Origin: an uncultured Lachnobacterium sp.
Lineage (GTDB): Bacteria; Bacillota; Clostridia; Lachnospirales; Lachnospiraceae
DNA length: 64,000 bases
Reading direction: 5' to 3'
NCBI GenBank assembly: GCA_964425905.1
Contig: CAYROM010000001.1
Span: 16,671 to 80,670, forward strand
A program made the translations under genes and the position numbers. This document shows, in pieces, positions 51,876 to 62,111 of this stretch; within the stretch, counting starts at the first letter, position 1, and each line of letters starts with the position of its first letter. A model generated the notes under the pieces. The model saw only the letters and a list, made by a program, of their open reading frames with translations, was not told the origin of the DNA and did no database searches.

Positions 51876-53045
51876 TTGGGTAAGAACATTTTATATATAG
51901 CAAATTATTATCTAAAAGATGTAATAGACCAGCGGAATGCAAAGCCGTTCGTCTCCCAAGCAGGGCAGAATAAAAGCGCCTATATCATCGATATGCTGGA
52001 GACCGGAGGAAATCAGGTTACCGTTTGGTCTAACGCATGGACAGGCAGCAGGAGTCTCCGATTCTATAAAGGGTTTCAATCAAAGCAGAATCCGGACGTG
52101 TACTATTCGGATATCTTCGGAGCGCCTTTTTTCAATGTGTATTTCTGCAAAAGGAGCTGTAAGAAATTTATACAGAAGCGGCAGAAGGAGCAGCCGATCG
52201 ACATGATCGTGTTTTACAACATGCGGTTGGAAAATGCTCCGGCAGCCCTGTATGCGAAAAAAAAATACGGAATACCGATCATATTGCAGTATGAGGACGG
52301 GCTGACGCAGGATGCAACCGTAAAAGGCATAAAAAAATGGCTTTACGCAAGGATGGAGAAAAAGACGCTTCCGAATTTGGACGGAGCCTTTCTGGTCAAC
52401 TCTAAGATCCGGGTTCCCTGCCCGGCGGTAACGATCCGGGGGGCGGTCCATAAGAACAATACAGCAAAAGTCGAAAGAAGGGATGATCAAAGAAATCCGA
52501 TCCCGAAGCTGCTTTTTGCAAGCACCCTTGACCGCCAGCGGGGAATTGAGGTATTGTTGAAGGCGCTGGAATACACAAAATCCAAGTTTGTTCTTTGGAT
52601 CACCGGTAAGGGTGAGGCTGTGGAACAGATTAAGGCAAACGCGGACGAGCGGGTAGAATATCTGGGATTTTTGGATTATGAAGCGTATCAGGATACCCTG
52701 CGCAATGCGGATATCTGTATCAACGCGCAGTTAGCGCACCATGAATTCGGCAATTTTTCATTTCCTTCGAAAATCTGCGAATATCTTTCCGCAAAGAAGC
52801 TGGTCGTATCCTCGGACGTGGCGGATGCAAAGGAGGCTCTTTCCGACGTTGCATTTATCTATGGGGATGACGATCCGGCGAAATTGGCAGATGCTATGGA
52901 GCGGGCAATCTCCGTTTGGCAGGATGCGGAAAAATACCGGCAATATCTTTTCGGGATGGATCGATTTATAGAAGAAAACTCGATGGAAAAGGTTGCGGAG
53001 AACGTAAACCGGCTTTTGGATAGAATAGAAGGTGGATGGAAATAA
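51876..53045 (+). CDS. Family 4 glycosyltransferase
   Basis: GT4 C-terminal motif FPSKICEYLSAKKLVVSS. Proposed TTG start at 51876 after AGGTGGA, right after the upstream stop. Alternative starts are ATG 51846 and 51828. Confidence 0.55.
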   Translation: MGKNILYIANYYLKDVIDQRNAKPFVSQAGQNKSAYIIDMLETGGNQVTVWSNAWTGSRSLRFYKGFQSKQNPDVYYSDIFGAPFFNVYFCKRSCKKFIQKRQKEQPIDMIVFYNMRLENAPAALYAKKKYGIPIILQYEDGLTQDATVKGIKKWLYARMEKKTLPNLDGAFLVNSKIRVPCPAVTIRGAVHKNNTAKVERRDDQRNPIPKLLFASTLDRQRGIEVLLKALEYTKSKFVLWITGKGEAVEQIKANADERVEYLGFLDYEAYQDTLRNADICINAQLAHHEFGNFSFPSKICEYLSAKKLVVSSDVADAKEALSDVAFIYGDDDPAKLADAMERAISVWQDAEKYRQYLFGMDRFIEENSMEKVAENVNRLLDRIEGGWK

Positions 53046-53046
53046 T

Positions 53047-54054
53047 ATGAAAAACTATTTGATAACATGGTTCTATTCGGAACAGGCAAACGATGAGAGC
53101 TATTATCCGTCCGTGGGAGGGAGCAGCAGCAGCGCGGAATTTCAGTATGTGTACTGGAGATGCATCTATGTATTTTATCGTTTTGCATTGATTGCGAACC
53201 GGGATGTGGTAACGGACTTTATGTTTTTTACAAACGTGGAGAATCTTCCTACGGTGGACGGGATAAATTTTAAGAACTTCTTTGAGGAGAACCATATCAG
53301 GGTCGTACATCAGGAACTGACAAGAAAGACGCCGAAGGATTGGTACGGGGCATGGAGAAATCAATTCTATTTGTTTGACATTCTTGATCATTTCAAAGAA
53401 GCGGATGGCAATATCCTGATTTTGGATTCAGACTGTGTGATCAACGGGAATCTGCAGGGCCTGTATGACGAGATCAATGAGAAGGGAATTCTGACGCTTC
53501 CGATCGACTACTCCGAAAACCGGGAGATCAACGGCTGCTCCATTGCGCAGATGAGGGATATCTACCGACAGATCTTTTGCACGCAAAAAGCGGACGGGCT
53601 TTTATATATGGGAGGGGAGTTTGTCGCTCTTCGCGGAGACAGGATCGCTTCCCTTATGGAAGTATTCGAGACGATCTGGGCGAAGAATTATGAATTATAT
53701 GAGCAAAAAGTCCGGAAATTAAATGAGGAGGCCCATGTGCTGTCCCTGTGTTACTATTATCTTGACGGACAGAATGAAGCGGGAAGAAAATATATTCGGC
53801 GGATCTGGAACTCGCTAAACTGCAATCAGGTGAAGACGAGCGATCTTGCGCTTCCGATCTGGCATCTGCCGGCGGAGAAGAAATTTGGGTTTAAAGAGCT
53901 TTTCCGCAAACTAAAGACAAAGAAGGAAATTTCGAAAGAAGAACTGTACCGTCTGAGTAATCGGGCAATGAAGCTGTCCTGCTCAAAGACGTGGAGAAAG
54001 ATTTGTTGGTACTTACGGTACGGGAAACAGAAAATATGCAAAATTCGAGGATGA
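53047..54054 (+). CDS. Hypothetical protein, possibly a glycosyltransferase (DxD-like ILILDSDCV)
   Basis: 335-aa ORF with RBS GGTGGATGG. Confidence 0.35.
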   Translation: MKNYLITWFYSEQANDESYYPSVGGSSSSAEFQYVYWRCIYVFYRFALIANRDVVTDFMFFTNVENLPTVDGINFKNFFEENHIRVVHQELTRKTPKDWYGAWRNQFYLFDILDHFKEADGNILILDSDCVINGNLQGLYDEINEKGILTLPIDYSENREINGCSIAQMRDIYRQIFCTQKADGLLYMGGEFVALRGDRIASLMEVFETIWAKNYELYEQKVRKLNEEAHVLSLCYYYLDGQNEAGRKYIRRIWNSLNCNQVKTSDLALPIWHLPAEKKFGFKELFRKLKTKKEISKEELYRLSNRAMKLSCSKTWRKICWYLRYGKQKICKIRG

Positions 54055-54061
54055 ATTCGAT

Positions 54062-54823
54062 ATGAAAGAATATATGGATGGTCTTGTTTCTGTTGTTACA
54101 CCAATGTATAACTCAGAAAAGTATATAAGACAAACCATAGAGTCGGTTCAAAAGCAAACCTATGATAATTGGGAAATGATTATTGTTGATGATTGCTCTT
54201 CAGACCGAAGTGTGCAGATTGCGCAGGAGTTTGCAGCACATGACCGGAGAATACACGTGATTTTGAATAAAGAAAATCAAGGTGTAGCAGTAAGCAGAAA
54301 TATATCAATTGCGAATGCTAGTGGCAGATATATCGCGTTTTTGGATAGTGATGATCTGTGGAGGCCGAAAAAGCTGGAAATGCAGTTGAAACTGATGAAA
54401 AAAAAAGGATCTGCCTTTTGTTACGGGGCCTGTGGTGTAATTGATGCGGCAGGGAGAGATATAAAAAAGAATAGAATGGTTCCTGAGCAATTGACGTATA
54501 AACAATTGCTTAGAGGAAATCAGATCCCTTGTCTTACCGTAATCATAGACAGACAGGTGGTTTGCGATGTTCAGATGCCTCCGATTCCACATGAAGATTA
54601 TGCAACATGGTTGACCATACTTAAGGAACAACAAATTCGGGCGTTTGGTGTGCAGGAATTGATTGCAGATTACCGGGAGCGGCGAGAGTCTTTAAGTGGT
54701 GGGAAGTTAAAAGCAATGTCATGGGCATGGAATGTATATTATAACTATCTGCACTTATCTTTTGCAAAAAGTCTGTACTATCTGGGGTGGCATGGATTTA
54801 GGAGTTTAAAAAAGAGGATATAA
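54062..54823 (+). CDS. Family 2 glycosyltransferase
   Basis: VSVVTPMYNSEKYI...IIVDDCSSD. AT-rich. Confidence 0.75.
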   Translation: MKEYMDGLVSVVTPMYNSEKYIRQTIESVQKQTYDNWEMIIVDDCSSDRSVQIAQEFAAHDRRIHVILNKENQGVAVSRNISIANASGRYIAFLDSDDLWRPKKLEMQLKLMKKKGSAFCYGACGVIDAAGRDIKKNRMVPEQLTYKQLLRGNQIPCLTVIIDRQVVCDVQMPPIPHEDYATWLTILKEQQIRAFGVQELIADYRERRESLSGGKLKAMSWAWNVYYNYLHLSFAKSLYYLGWHGFRSLKKRI

Positions 54824-54829
54824 GACGAA

Positions 54830-55933
54830 ATGAAACCAATTAGAATTTTACATGTCATAGACTGCATAAGTCCAAATAGTGGTGTGAGTGCAGTAGTAAT
54901 GAACTATTATGAGCATCTAAATAAAGGAGATGTAATTTTTGATTTTCTTGTCTACTATGATGTTGAACCTGAGATAGAAAAACGTCTCCTTGAGAATGGA
55001 TCGAGGGTTTATGTGGTTGGGGCAGCAGTAGCTGGTAATCTTAAAAATTATTATCGATGCCTTAAGAAATTTTTTGCGGTTCATTCTAATGAATATGAAA
55101 TTATTCACGGACATGTTACAAATTCCGCCCTGTTTTATCTTGGTCTGGCAAAAAAATATGGAATTCCTGTACGAATTTTGCATGGGCATAATACGCGCGG
55201 GGCGGATACGGCATTAAAGAGAATGCGTAATTATATTTTAAATCATTTGGGGATAAGATATGCAACCAATTTTGCCGCATGTTCATATGCCGCAGCGAAG
55301 TATTTACATGGTACCAGTAAAAATGTTATAATAATACGAAATGCAATAGAGACTGACAATTATAAATATAACGAGGATAAGCGAAAGTTTATCAGAGAAG
55401 AATTGGGAATAACTGATAGATACGTTATAGGACATGTAGGAAGATTTGCTAAGCAGAAGAATCATGATTTTATCATTGAACTTGCAAAAAAAATGAAGTG
55501 TTTCGATGAAAAAGTATTATTTCTTCTTGTTGGGGATGGAGAATATCGGGACAATATAGAAAAAAAGGTAAACGATAATGGATTGAAAAACATTTTTCTT
55601 TTTGTCGGAACCGTTAACAATACTTGCGACTATTTTCAAGCAATGGATGTGTTTGTGTTACCGTCGTTGTTTGAGGGATTTCCTGTGGTGGGAGTGGAAG
55701 CACAGTGCAATGGGCTTAAATGTATATTTTCAAGTAATGTAACAGAGGAGGCAAAGGTACTGGATGAAACGCAGTATATTTCTTTAGATGATATGGATAG
55801 CTGGGTAGATGTGCTTTTGCATTGTAGAAATTCGAGAAATGTTAGCTCTGTGCAGAAAATAAAGGATTGTAATTTGGAAATTGAAGCAGAAACTCATAAA
55901 CTTCAGAATTATTATGCGAAATTGCTGAAATGA
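54830..55933 (+). CDS. Family 4 glycosyltransferase
   Basis: MKPIRILHVI and the C-terminal VLPSLFEGFPVVGVEAQCNGLKCIFS. Confidence 0.7.
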   Translation: MKPIRILHVIDCISPNSGVSAVVMNYYEHLNKGDVIFDFLVYYDVEPEIEKRLLENGSRVYVVGAAVAGNLKNYYRCLKKFFAVHSNEYEIIHGHVTNSALFYLGLAKKYGIPVRILHGHNTRGADTALKRMRNYILNHLGIRYATNFAACSYAAAKYLHGTSKNVIIIRNAIETDNYKYNEDKRKFIREELGITDRYVIGHVGRFAKQKNHDFIIELAKKMKCFDEKVLFLLVGDGEYRDNIEKKVNDNGLKNIFLFVGTVNNTCDYFQAMDVFVLPSLFEGFPVVGVEAQCNGLKCIFSSNVTEEAKVLDETQYISLDDMDSWVDVLLHCRNSRNVSSVQKIKDCNLEIEAETHKLQNYYAKLLK

Positions 55934-56718
55934 GGGAAAAAATGTTTAGAAGAATAAAAGGCTTTTATAAATATAGATTTCTTTTGAAAGAGTTGGTCAG
56001 CAGAGATTTTAAATTAAAGTATAGACGTTCTGTATTAGGATATGCTTGGAGTTTATTAAATCCGTTGTTTACTATGCTCGTAATGACTGCTGTTTTCTCT
56101 AATATCTTTAGATTTAGTATAGAGAATTTTCCTGTTTATTTTTTATTGGGGCAGGTGATGTGGACATTCTTTTCTGATGGGACTAATACTGCCATGACAT
56201 CCGTGTTCGGAAATGCAGAATTGATTAAAAAGGTTTATGTTCCTAAATATATGTTTCCGTTAGCAAAAGTATGTTTTTCATTTGTTAATATGATATGCTC
56301 ACTTGGGGCAGTTATCATAGTGATGGTTATACAAAAAGTTCGGGTTACATGGACCATTGTTCTACTGCCGATTCTTTTCTTTTATGCATTCCTTATTGTG
56401 TTGGGAGTGGGATTGGTTCTATCAGTAGCTGCAGTCTATTTTAGAGATTTACTCCATCTTTATGGTGTTTTGTTGGTTGCTCAGATGTACCTTACTCCAT
56501 TGTTTTATCCGGTTGAAATTTTGCCGGAATGGGTATTTAATATTGTAAAATGCAATCCGGTATATTATTTGGTTGAATATTTCAGGAAAATCGTATTATA
56601 TGGGACATGGCCTACAATTCAGGAAAATCTTATATGCTTTGGCTTTGGAATTGGATTTATGTTAATTGGAGTTGGTGTATTTATGAGGCAGCAGAAAAAA
56701 TTTATTCTTTATATATAG
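55930..56718 (+). CDS. ABC-2 type polysaccharide/teichoic-acid export permease (Wzm/TagG/KpsM-like)
   Basis: Cytoplasmic N-terminus (LVSRDFKLKYRRSVLGYAWSLLNP) and six TM segments. 262 aa. Confidence 0.8.
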   Translation: MREKMFRRIKGFYKYRFLLKELVSRDFKLKYRRSVLGYAWSLLNPLFTMLVMTAVFSNIFRFSIENFPVYFLLGQVMWTFFSDGTNTAMTSVFGNAELIKKVYVPKYMFPLAKVCFSFVNMICSLGAVIIVMVIQKVRVTWTIVLLPILFFYAFLIVLGVGLVLSVAAVYFRDLLHLYGVLLVAQMYLTPLFYPVEILPEWVFNIVKCNPVYYLVEYFRKIVLYGTWPTIQENLICFGFGIGFMLIGVGVFMRQQKKFILYI

Positions 56719-56733
56719 AACAAGGAGACGAGT

Positions 56734-57468
56734 ATGAATGCGGTTGAAGTAGAAAATTTGACAATTCGATTCAATTTGGCTTCGGAACAGATTACAAGCC
56801 TAAAGGAGTATGTGATTAAACTGGCAAAGAGGCAGCTTAGTTTTCAGGAGTTCTTTGCGCTTAAGGATGTTTCCTTTAAGGTGCCACAGGGAGATTCGGT
56901 TGGACTTGTGGGGGTGAATGGATCCGGAAAGAGCACTTTGCTAAAGGCAATTGCAGGGATATATCCGCCGCATAAAGGTACAGTTAAGGTAAATGGAGTA
57001 GTGGCTCCCCTTATTGAGTTGGGGGCCGGGTTTGATGGTCAATTGACCGCCAGAGAAAATGTTTTTTTAAATGGTTCCTTGTTTGGATATGACAGAAAAT
57101 TTATGGAAAGCAAATTTGATGAAATAATTGAATTTGCTGAGCTTTGGGATTTTGTGGACGTTCCTGTGCGAAATTATTCGTCCGGAATGGCTGCAAGATT
57201 GGGATTTTCTGCTGCGACAATTGTGAAACCGGATATACTTATCTGTGATGAAGTACTTTCTGTGGGAGATATGCGATTTCAAAAAAAATGTGAGGAAAAA
57301 ATGGCGGAGCTTATGGGGAATGGGACGACATTGCTATTTGTTTCCCATTCTATTGATCAGGTTTGTAAGGTTTGTAAACATGCAATTTGGCTGGATCACG
57401 GAGTAATTCGAAAAAAAGGAGAAGTCAATGAAGTTTGTGAAGAGTATAAAAAGGAAGTGATGGGATAA
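56734..57468 (+). CDS. ABC polysaccharide export ATP-binding protein (Wzt/TagH/KpsT-like)
   Basis: Walker A GVNGSGKST, the signature region, and Walker B ILICDE. 244 aa, with no C-terminal carbohydrate-binding extension. Confidence 0.8.
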   Translation: MNAVEVENLTIRFNLASEQITSLKEYVIKLAKRQLSFQEFFALKDVSFKVPQGDSVGLVGVNGSGKSTLLKAIAGIYPPHKGTVKVNGVVAPLIELGAGFDGQLTARENVFLNGSLFGYDRKFMESKFDEIIEFAELWDFVDVPVRNYSSGMAARLGFSAATIVKPDILICDEVLSVGDMRFQKKCEEKMAELMGNGTTLLFVSHSIDQVCKVCKHAIWLDHGVIRKKGEVNEVCEEYKKEVMG

Positions 57469-57473
57469 CGACG

Positions 57474-58430
57474 ATGGAATGTGTGACAGTATTGTTGGCG
57501 ACATATAACCAGCGAGAATATATTTATGAGGCAATAAATTCCGTTATCTGTCAAACCTATGGAAATATCCAATTAATTATTGCAGATGATGGATCAAAAT
57601 ACTTTCAAACCGCTGAAGTAGAACGTTATGTTTGCGACAAAAATAAGGGGAACATAACTAGGTGTACTGTTTTAAAAAATGAGGTTAATCTTGGAACGGT
57701 AAAAAATCTGAACAAAGCAAGAAAGTATATCAAAGGTAAATATGTAATTCCTCTCTCTGGAGACGACTGTTTTTACAATGAAACGGTGATTGAGAAGTAC
57801 GTTATGGAAATGGAAAAAAGGGATGGAATTCAAGTGCTTGTGTCTCAGGTTGTTCAGTTTGATAAAACGATGACAAAGCCACTATATAAGTGTGTCACCG
57901 ATCAGCAGATAAAAGTTCTATCGTCAGGAAATAATAATAGGATATATGCCCATGTTTGTTTAGATTGTTTTATTCCGGCAATCGGCTGTTGTTATGATGC
58001 CAAGATATTAGAGGATTTTGGTGATTATGATGAGGACTGTATTTTGGTAGAAGATTGGCCAACTTATTTAAAAATGCTGCGCATGGGCGTTAAATTTTGC
58101 TTTGTTGATTTCATTTCAGCGAAACATAGAGACGGAGGAGTTAGCTATATAAAAAAGAGCAAGGTTGAAGAGCATTCAGATATATATCATAAAGATTTAA
58201 TGACTATTATTAAAAAGGAGATACTTCCTAATTATCAATTCGCAGAGAAAAAGTGCCGGAGGAAGGTTTTTAATTATGCCAACGACAGGAGCGTCATAAG
58301 TGAGTATAGATCTACATTTAAAGATAAATCTATTATTGGAAAAGTGAAATGGATTTGGTCTAACAAAAATATTCTTTTTATCTTTGTAAGAGGATGCATA
58401 AGAAAAATAAAATTTTTAGGAGAACATTGA
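57474..58430 (+). CDS. Family 2 glycosyltransferase (paralog 1 of a tandem pair)
   Basis: VTVLLATYNQREYI...QLIIADDGSK...GTVKNLN. Confidence 0.65.
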   Translation: MECVTVLLATYNQREYIYEAINSVICQTYGNIQLIIADDGSKYFQTAEVERYVCDKNKGNITRCTVLKNEVNLGTVKNLNKARKYIKGKYVIPLSGDDCFYNETVIEKYVMEMEKRDGIQVLVSQVVQFDKTMTKPLYKCVTDQQIKVLSSGNNNRIYAHVCLDCFIPAIGCCYDAKILEDFGDYDEDCILVEDWPTYLKMLRMGVKFCFVDFISAKHRDGGVSYIKKSKVEEHSDIYHKDLMTIIKKEILPNYQFAEKKCRRKVFNYANDRSVISEYRSTFKDKSIIGKVKWIWSNKNILFIFVRGCIRKIKFLGEH

Positions 58431-58431
58431 A

Positions 58432-59676
58432 ATGGAAAAAGGGGTATTTAGCTTCGGAATTGCAGTATATAATAACTACAAATATTTGAGAGAAGCGGTG
58501 GATTCTGTACTAGGTCAGACATATCAAAAGATTCAATTAATAATTTCTAATGACGGATCAAAAGATTTTGATGAGGATGAAATTGCGGAATATATAGAAA
58601 AGCATAAAAAAAATAATATAGTGTCGTGTCATATTCACAATAATGATATTAATCAGGGAACAGTAAAGAATGTTAATTATATATGTAGTCAGGCGTATGG
58701 GGAATACATAATGTTTATGGCTGCAGATGATTCTCTATATGATGAGAATGTTCTTGAACGTTTTGTAGAAAAATTTAAAGAAAGTGGTGATGACACGCAA
58801 ATTCTATCTGCAAAAGTTGCTCTATGCGGAGAAGATTTGGGGGATGTGAGAGAAATATTTCCACAGCAGTCGGTTATTGAATTAATTACATCTGGAGATA
58901 ACAAAAAAATGTTTTCCAGGATGACATATGATAGTTTTATGCCTACAACAAGTACGTGTTATAGAATGTCTGTTTTGGAGGAAACGGGTTTTTTTAATGA
59001 AAAATATTTTATTATTGAAGATGCCTCTAAATTTTTGCAACTTGCCAAAGGTGGGTACCATTTTGGGTGGATCAATGACTTGATTGCAGCTAGACATCGA
59101 GACGGAGGTATTAGTCACGGAAACAACAGAAATCATTCGGAAAGCTATAGAAGATATAGATTCGATGAGATAGTTCTCTATTTAAATGAGATTTTGCCAT
59201 ATATGGACGAGTTAGATCATTATTCACAGAAAAAAATGACAGAGAAATGGGAGTATATTGAGACGGCATATTTTAGAACTTTCTTTATGAATAAGGATGG
59301 TGTTATTGATAGCAGAGACTATGATAAAGAAATATTTATGCCACGTGTTGCCCAATTAGAAAAAAAGGCAAGAAAAGAAGAGATGAAGGAGATAATTAAA
59401 AACAGGGCGCAAATGGTGTCGTTGAAACAAAAACTTAAAAGTATAATTATTTTGTCAGTTCTATTTTTGGCAGGTGGTATGGTCGAAAAGTTAGTTAAGT
59501 TACTGGGGATTGAAATATTAGGAAGAGTTGAATTGGCAAACGGAGTATTAGCGATAATATATATATGTTTATTTATTTTGTTTTTAGAAGCGCTTGGCTC
59601 GATTGTATTAAGGATACTTTGGGATATTAATAAGATTGCAAAAAAACAAATGTCTAAATTTAGACATAGATTATAA
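58432..59676 (+). CDS. Family 2 glycosyltransferase with C-terminal TM segments (paralog 2 of the tandem pair)
   Basis: FSFGIAVYNNYKYL...QLIISNDGSK...GTVKNVN parallels the 57474 product. Two C-terminal TM helices. Confidence 0.65.
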   Translation: MEKGVFSFGIAVYNNYKYLREAVDSVLGQTYQKIQLIISNDGSKDFDEDEIAEYIEKHKKNNIVSCHIHNNDINQGTVKNVNYICSQAYGEYIMFMAADDSLYDENVLERFVEKFKESGDDTQILSAKVALCGEDLGDVREIFPQQSVIELITSGDNKKMFSRMTYDSFMPTTSTCYRMSVLEETGFFNEKYFIIEDASKFLQLAKGGYHFGWINDLIAARHRDGGISHGNNRNHSESYRRYRFDEIVLYLNEILPYMDELDHYSQKKMTEKWEYIETAYFRTFFMNKDGVIDSRDYDKEIFMPRVAQLEKKARKEEMKEIIKNRAQMVSLKQKLKSIIILSVLFLAGGMVEKLVKLLGIEILGRVELANGVLAIIYICLFILFLEALGSIVLRILWDINKIAKKQMSKFRHRL

Positions 59677-59704
59677 TATAATTTATTGAGGGAGGAGTCG
59701 TTTG

Positions 59705-60502
59705 ATGGCATTAAAAAAAGGAAAGAATGTTGTAATAAAAGAGGGAGTCATTATAGGCGAAAATGTGACAATAGGCGATGACGTATATATTGACTATAAC
59801 TGTATAATACGCGATAATGTCACAATTAAGTCTGGAACGACAATAGGGGCAAATTGTATCTTAGGTGAATACCAAATGGATTTTTTTGACAATCATTTGG
59901 CAGGTGAACATACTCTTATAATTGGTGAACATTCTATTATTAGGAGTTTTTCTGTAATTTATGGAGATACAGTTGTTGGGGACTATTTTCAGACAGGACA
60001 TCGTGTAACCATACGGGAAAAAACTAAGATAGGGCATCATGTTAGTGTAGGCACACTTTCTGATATACAAGGAGATTGTAATATAGGAAATTATGTACGC
60101 ATGCATAGTAATGTGCATATAGGTATGAAGTCGGAAATTGAGGATTTTGTTTGGATTTTTCCTTATTGTGTGTTGACAAATGATCCTACTCCGCCGTCTA
60201 CGGTACTTCAGGGGGTTACGTTAAAAAAGTATGCCGTTGTATCTACTGGAAGTATTCTATTGCCGGGGATAACTGTGGAAAGTGATTCATTGGTAGCAGC
60301 AGGCGCAAATGTTACGAAGGATGTACCTGCGGGAAAAGTGGTGGCAGGGAATCCTGCTAAAGTTATTGCCGATATATCAGCAATAAAAAATAAAGAGACG
60401 GGAGAAAGCGTGTATCCGTGGAGAGAAACCTTTAAGAGGGGGATGCCTTGGGAAAACACGTGCTTCCAGGAATGGAATTCACAGCTGAATCACGAAAAGT
60501 AA
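59705..60502 (+). CDS. Left-handed beta-helix (hexapeptide-repeat) acyl/acetyltransferase, FdtC/WxcM/PglD-like sugar N-acetyltransferase
   Basis: Start ATG 59705 after GAGGGAGGAG. Repeated [LIV]G.N..IG hexapeptide units run throughout. Confidence 0.7.
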   Translation: MALKKGKNVVIKEGVIIGENVTIGDDVYIDYNCIIRDNVTIKSGTTIGANCILGEYQMDFFDNHLAGEHTLIIGEHSIIRSFSVIYGDTVVGDYFQTGHRVTIREKTKIGHHVSVGTLSDIQGDCNIGNYVRMHSNVHIGMKSEIEDFVWIFPYCVLTNDPTPPSTVLQGVTLKKYAVVSTGSILLPGITVESDSLVAAGANVTKDVPAGKVVAGNPAKVIADISAIKNKETGESVYPWRETFKRGMPWENTCFQEWNSQLNHEK

Positions 60503-60531
60503 CATTTCTTAATTTTTATTGGGAGGAAAAG

Positions 60532-61629
60532 ATGAAAATACCATTTGTGTCATTTGAGGTTATGCATAAAGAAATTCATGACGAGGTGCTTGCAAAAATA
60601 AAGGAAGTTTATGAAGGCAATTGGTTTATCCAGGGAAAAGAAGTGGAAGCTTTTGAACAAGAATTTGCACATTATTGTGGAGCGGAATATTGTGTTGGGT
60701 GCGGGAATGGACTTGACGCATTGTTTTTGCCATTAAAAGCTTATGAAATTGGTGCTGGAGACGAAGTCATAGTGCCGTCAAATACATTTATAGCAACGGC
60801 GCTTGCTGTTTCTTATACCGGGGCAACACCAGTTTTTGTGGAACCTATAGAAAAGTATTTTAATATTGATCCAACAAAGATAGAAGAGAAAATTACGAGT
60901 AGGACGAGGGCAATCATGGCAGTTCATCTGTATGGACAGCCGGCAAATATGGATTCGATTTTAGAAATAGCCCAAAAGTATGGTCTTAAAGTGATTGAGG
61001 ATGCAGCGCAAGCGCATGGCGCTGAATATAAGGGAAGGAGAACTGGATCTTTAGGTGACGGGGCCGGATTTAGTTTCTATCCAGGAAAGAACCTTGGGGC
61101 ATTGGGAGATGCAGGAGCATTTGTGACAAATGACAAGAAACTTGCCGATAAAGTTCGCGCGTTAGGTAATTATGGTTCTGATTATAAATATCACCATATC
61201 TATCAGGGAAATAATTCAAGATTGGATGAAATTCAAGCGGCTGTATTACGAATAAAATTAAGAAACCTTGACCGGTGGAATGCAAACCGCATTCAAACGG
61301 CAGAAAAATATTTAAATGGTATTCACAATAAAAATGTAATTTTGCCGGATAAGTTAGATGATGTGAAGCATGTATATCATATCTTTGGAATTCGATGTGA
61401 AAGAAGCAGAGAATTAGAAAAATATTTGAATGAACGGGGGATTGGAACAAACAGGCATTATCCGATTCCAATGCATATGCAGGGAGCATACGAATGCCTG
61501 CAGATTCCTCAAGGAGCGCTTTCTATCGCGGAGGATATTTCATCAACGGAATTGAGTATTCCGATGTATTATGGGATGACAGATGATGAAATAAAGTATG
61601 TAATCGATTCAATTAATATGTTTGAATAG
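60532..61629 (+). CDS. DegT/DnrJ/EryC1/StrS-family PLP-dependent sugar aminotransferase (FdtB-like)
   Basis: Start ATG 60532 after GGGAGGAAAAG. Core motifs [17 protein letters not shown], and the PLP-lysine region [17 protein letters not shown]. Confidence 0.8.
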   Translation: MKIPFVSFEVMHKEIHDEVLAKIKEVYEGNWFIQGKEVEAFEQEFAHYCGAEYCVGCGNGLDALFLPLKAYEIGAGDEVIVPSNTFIATALAVSYTGATPVFVEPIEKYFNIDPTKIEEKITSRTRAIMAVHLYGQPANMDSILEIAQKYGLKVIEDAAQAHGAEYKGRRTGSLGDGAGFSFYPGKNLGALGDAGAFVTNDKKLADKVRALGNYGSDYKYHHIYQGNNSRLDEIQAAVLRIKLRNLDRWNANRIQTAEKYLNGIHNKNVILPDKLDDVKHVYHIFGIRCERSRELEKYLNERGIGTNRHYPIPMHMQGAYECLQIPQGALSIAEDISSTELSIPMYYGMTDDEIKYVIDSINMFE

Positions 61630-61640
61630 CGGGGGATACA

Positions 61641-62048
61641 ATGGAAATTATAAAGTACGAATTCCAAAAACATGGAGATGAAAGAGGAATGCTGGTTGCA
61701 CTTGAGGAGAAAAAAGATATTCCTTTTGAAATTAAGAGGGTGTATTATATCTATGATACGCTTAAGGGGGTTAGGAGGGGGTTTCATGCTCATAAATCCC
61801 TGGAGCAAATTCTCATCTGCATACAGGGATCGTGTAAAATACTTCTTGACGATGGATATGAAAAAAGAGAAGTATTGATGGACAAGCCATACGAGGGTCT
61901 ATATATTTCCAATGTAATCTGGAGGGAAATGTTTGACTTTTCTTCAGATGCCGTTTTGATAGTGCTGGCCTCTGATTATTATAATGAAAGTGATTATATA
62001 AGGGATTATAATGAATTTTTGGAGTTTATAAAAATGGGAAAAGTGTAA
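61641..62048 (+). CDS. FdtA/WxcM-family cupin sugar 3,4-ketoisomerase
   Basis: HGDERG.L, PFEIKRVYYIY and RG.HAHK are family motifs. 135 aa. Confidence 0.7.
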   Translation: MEIIKYEFQKHGDERGMLVALEEKKDIPFEIKRVYYIYDTLKGVRRGFHAHKSLEQILICIQGSCKILLDDGYEKREVLMDKPYEGLYISNVIWREMFDFSSDAVLIVLASDYYNESDYIRDYNEFLEFIKMGKV

Positions 62049-62111
62049 TTGGAATGAATTCTTCTAAGTGTAAAAATGATATGTCGAATCAAGCTTTTTG
62101 GAGAAAAAATT

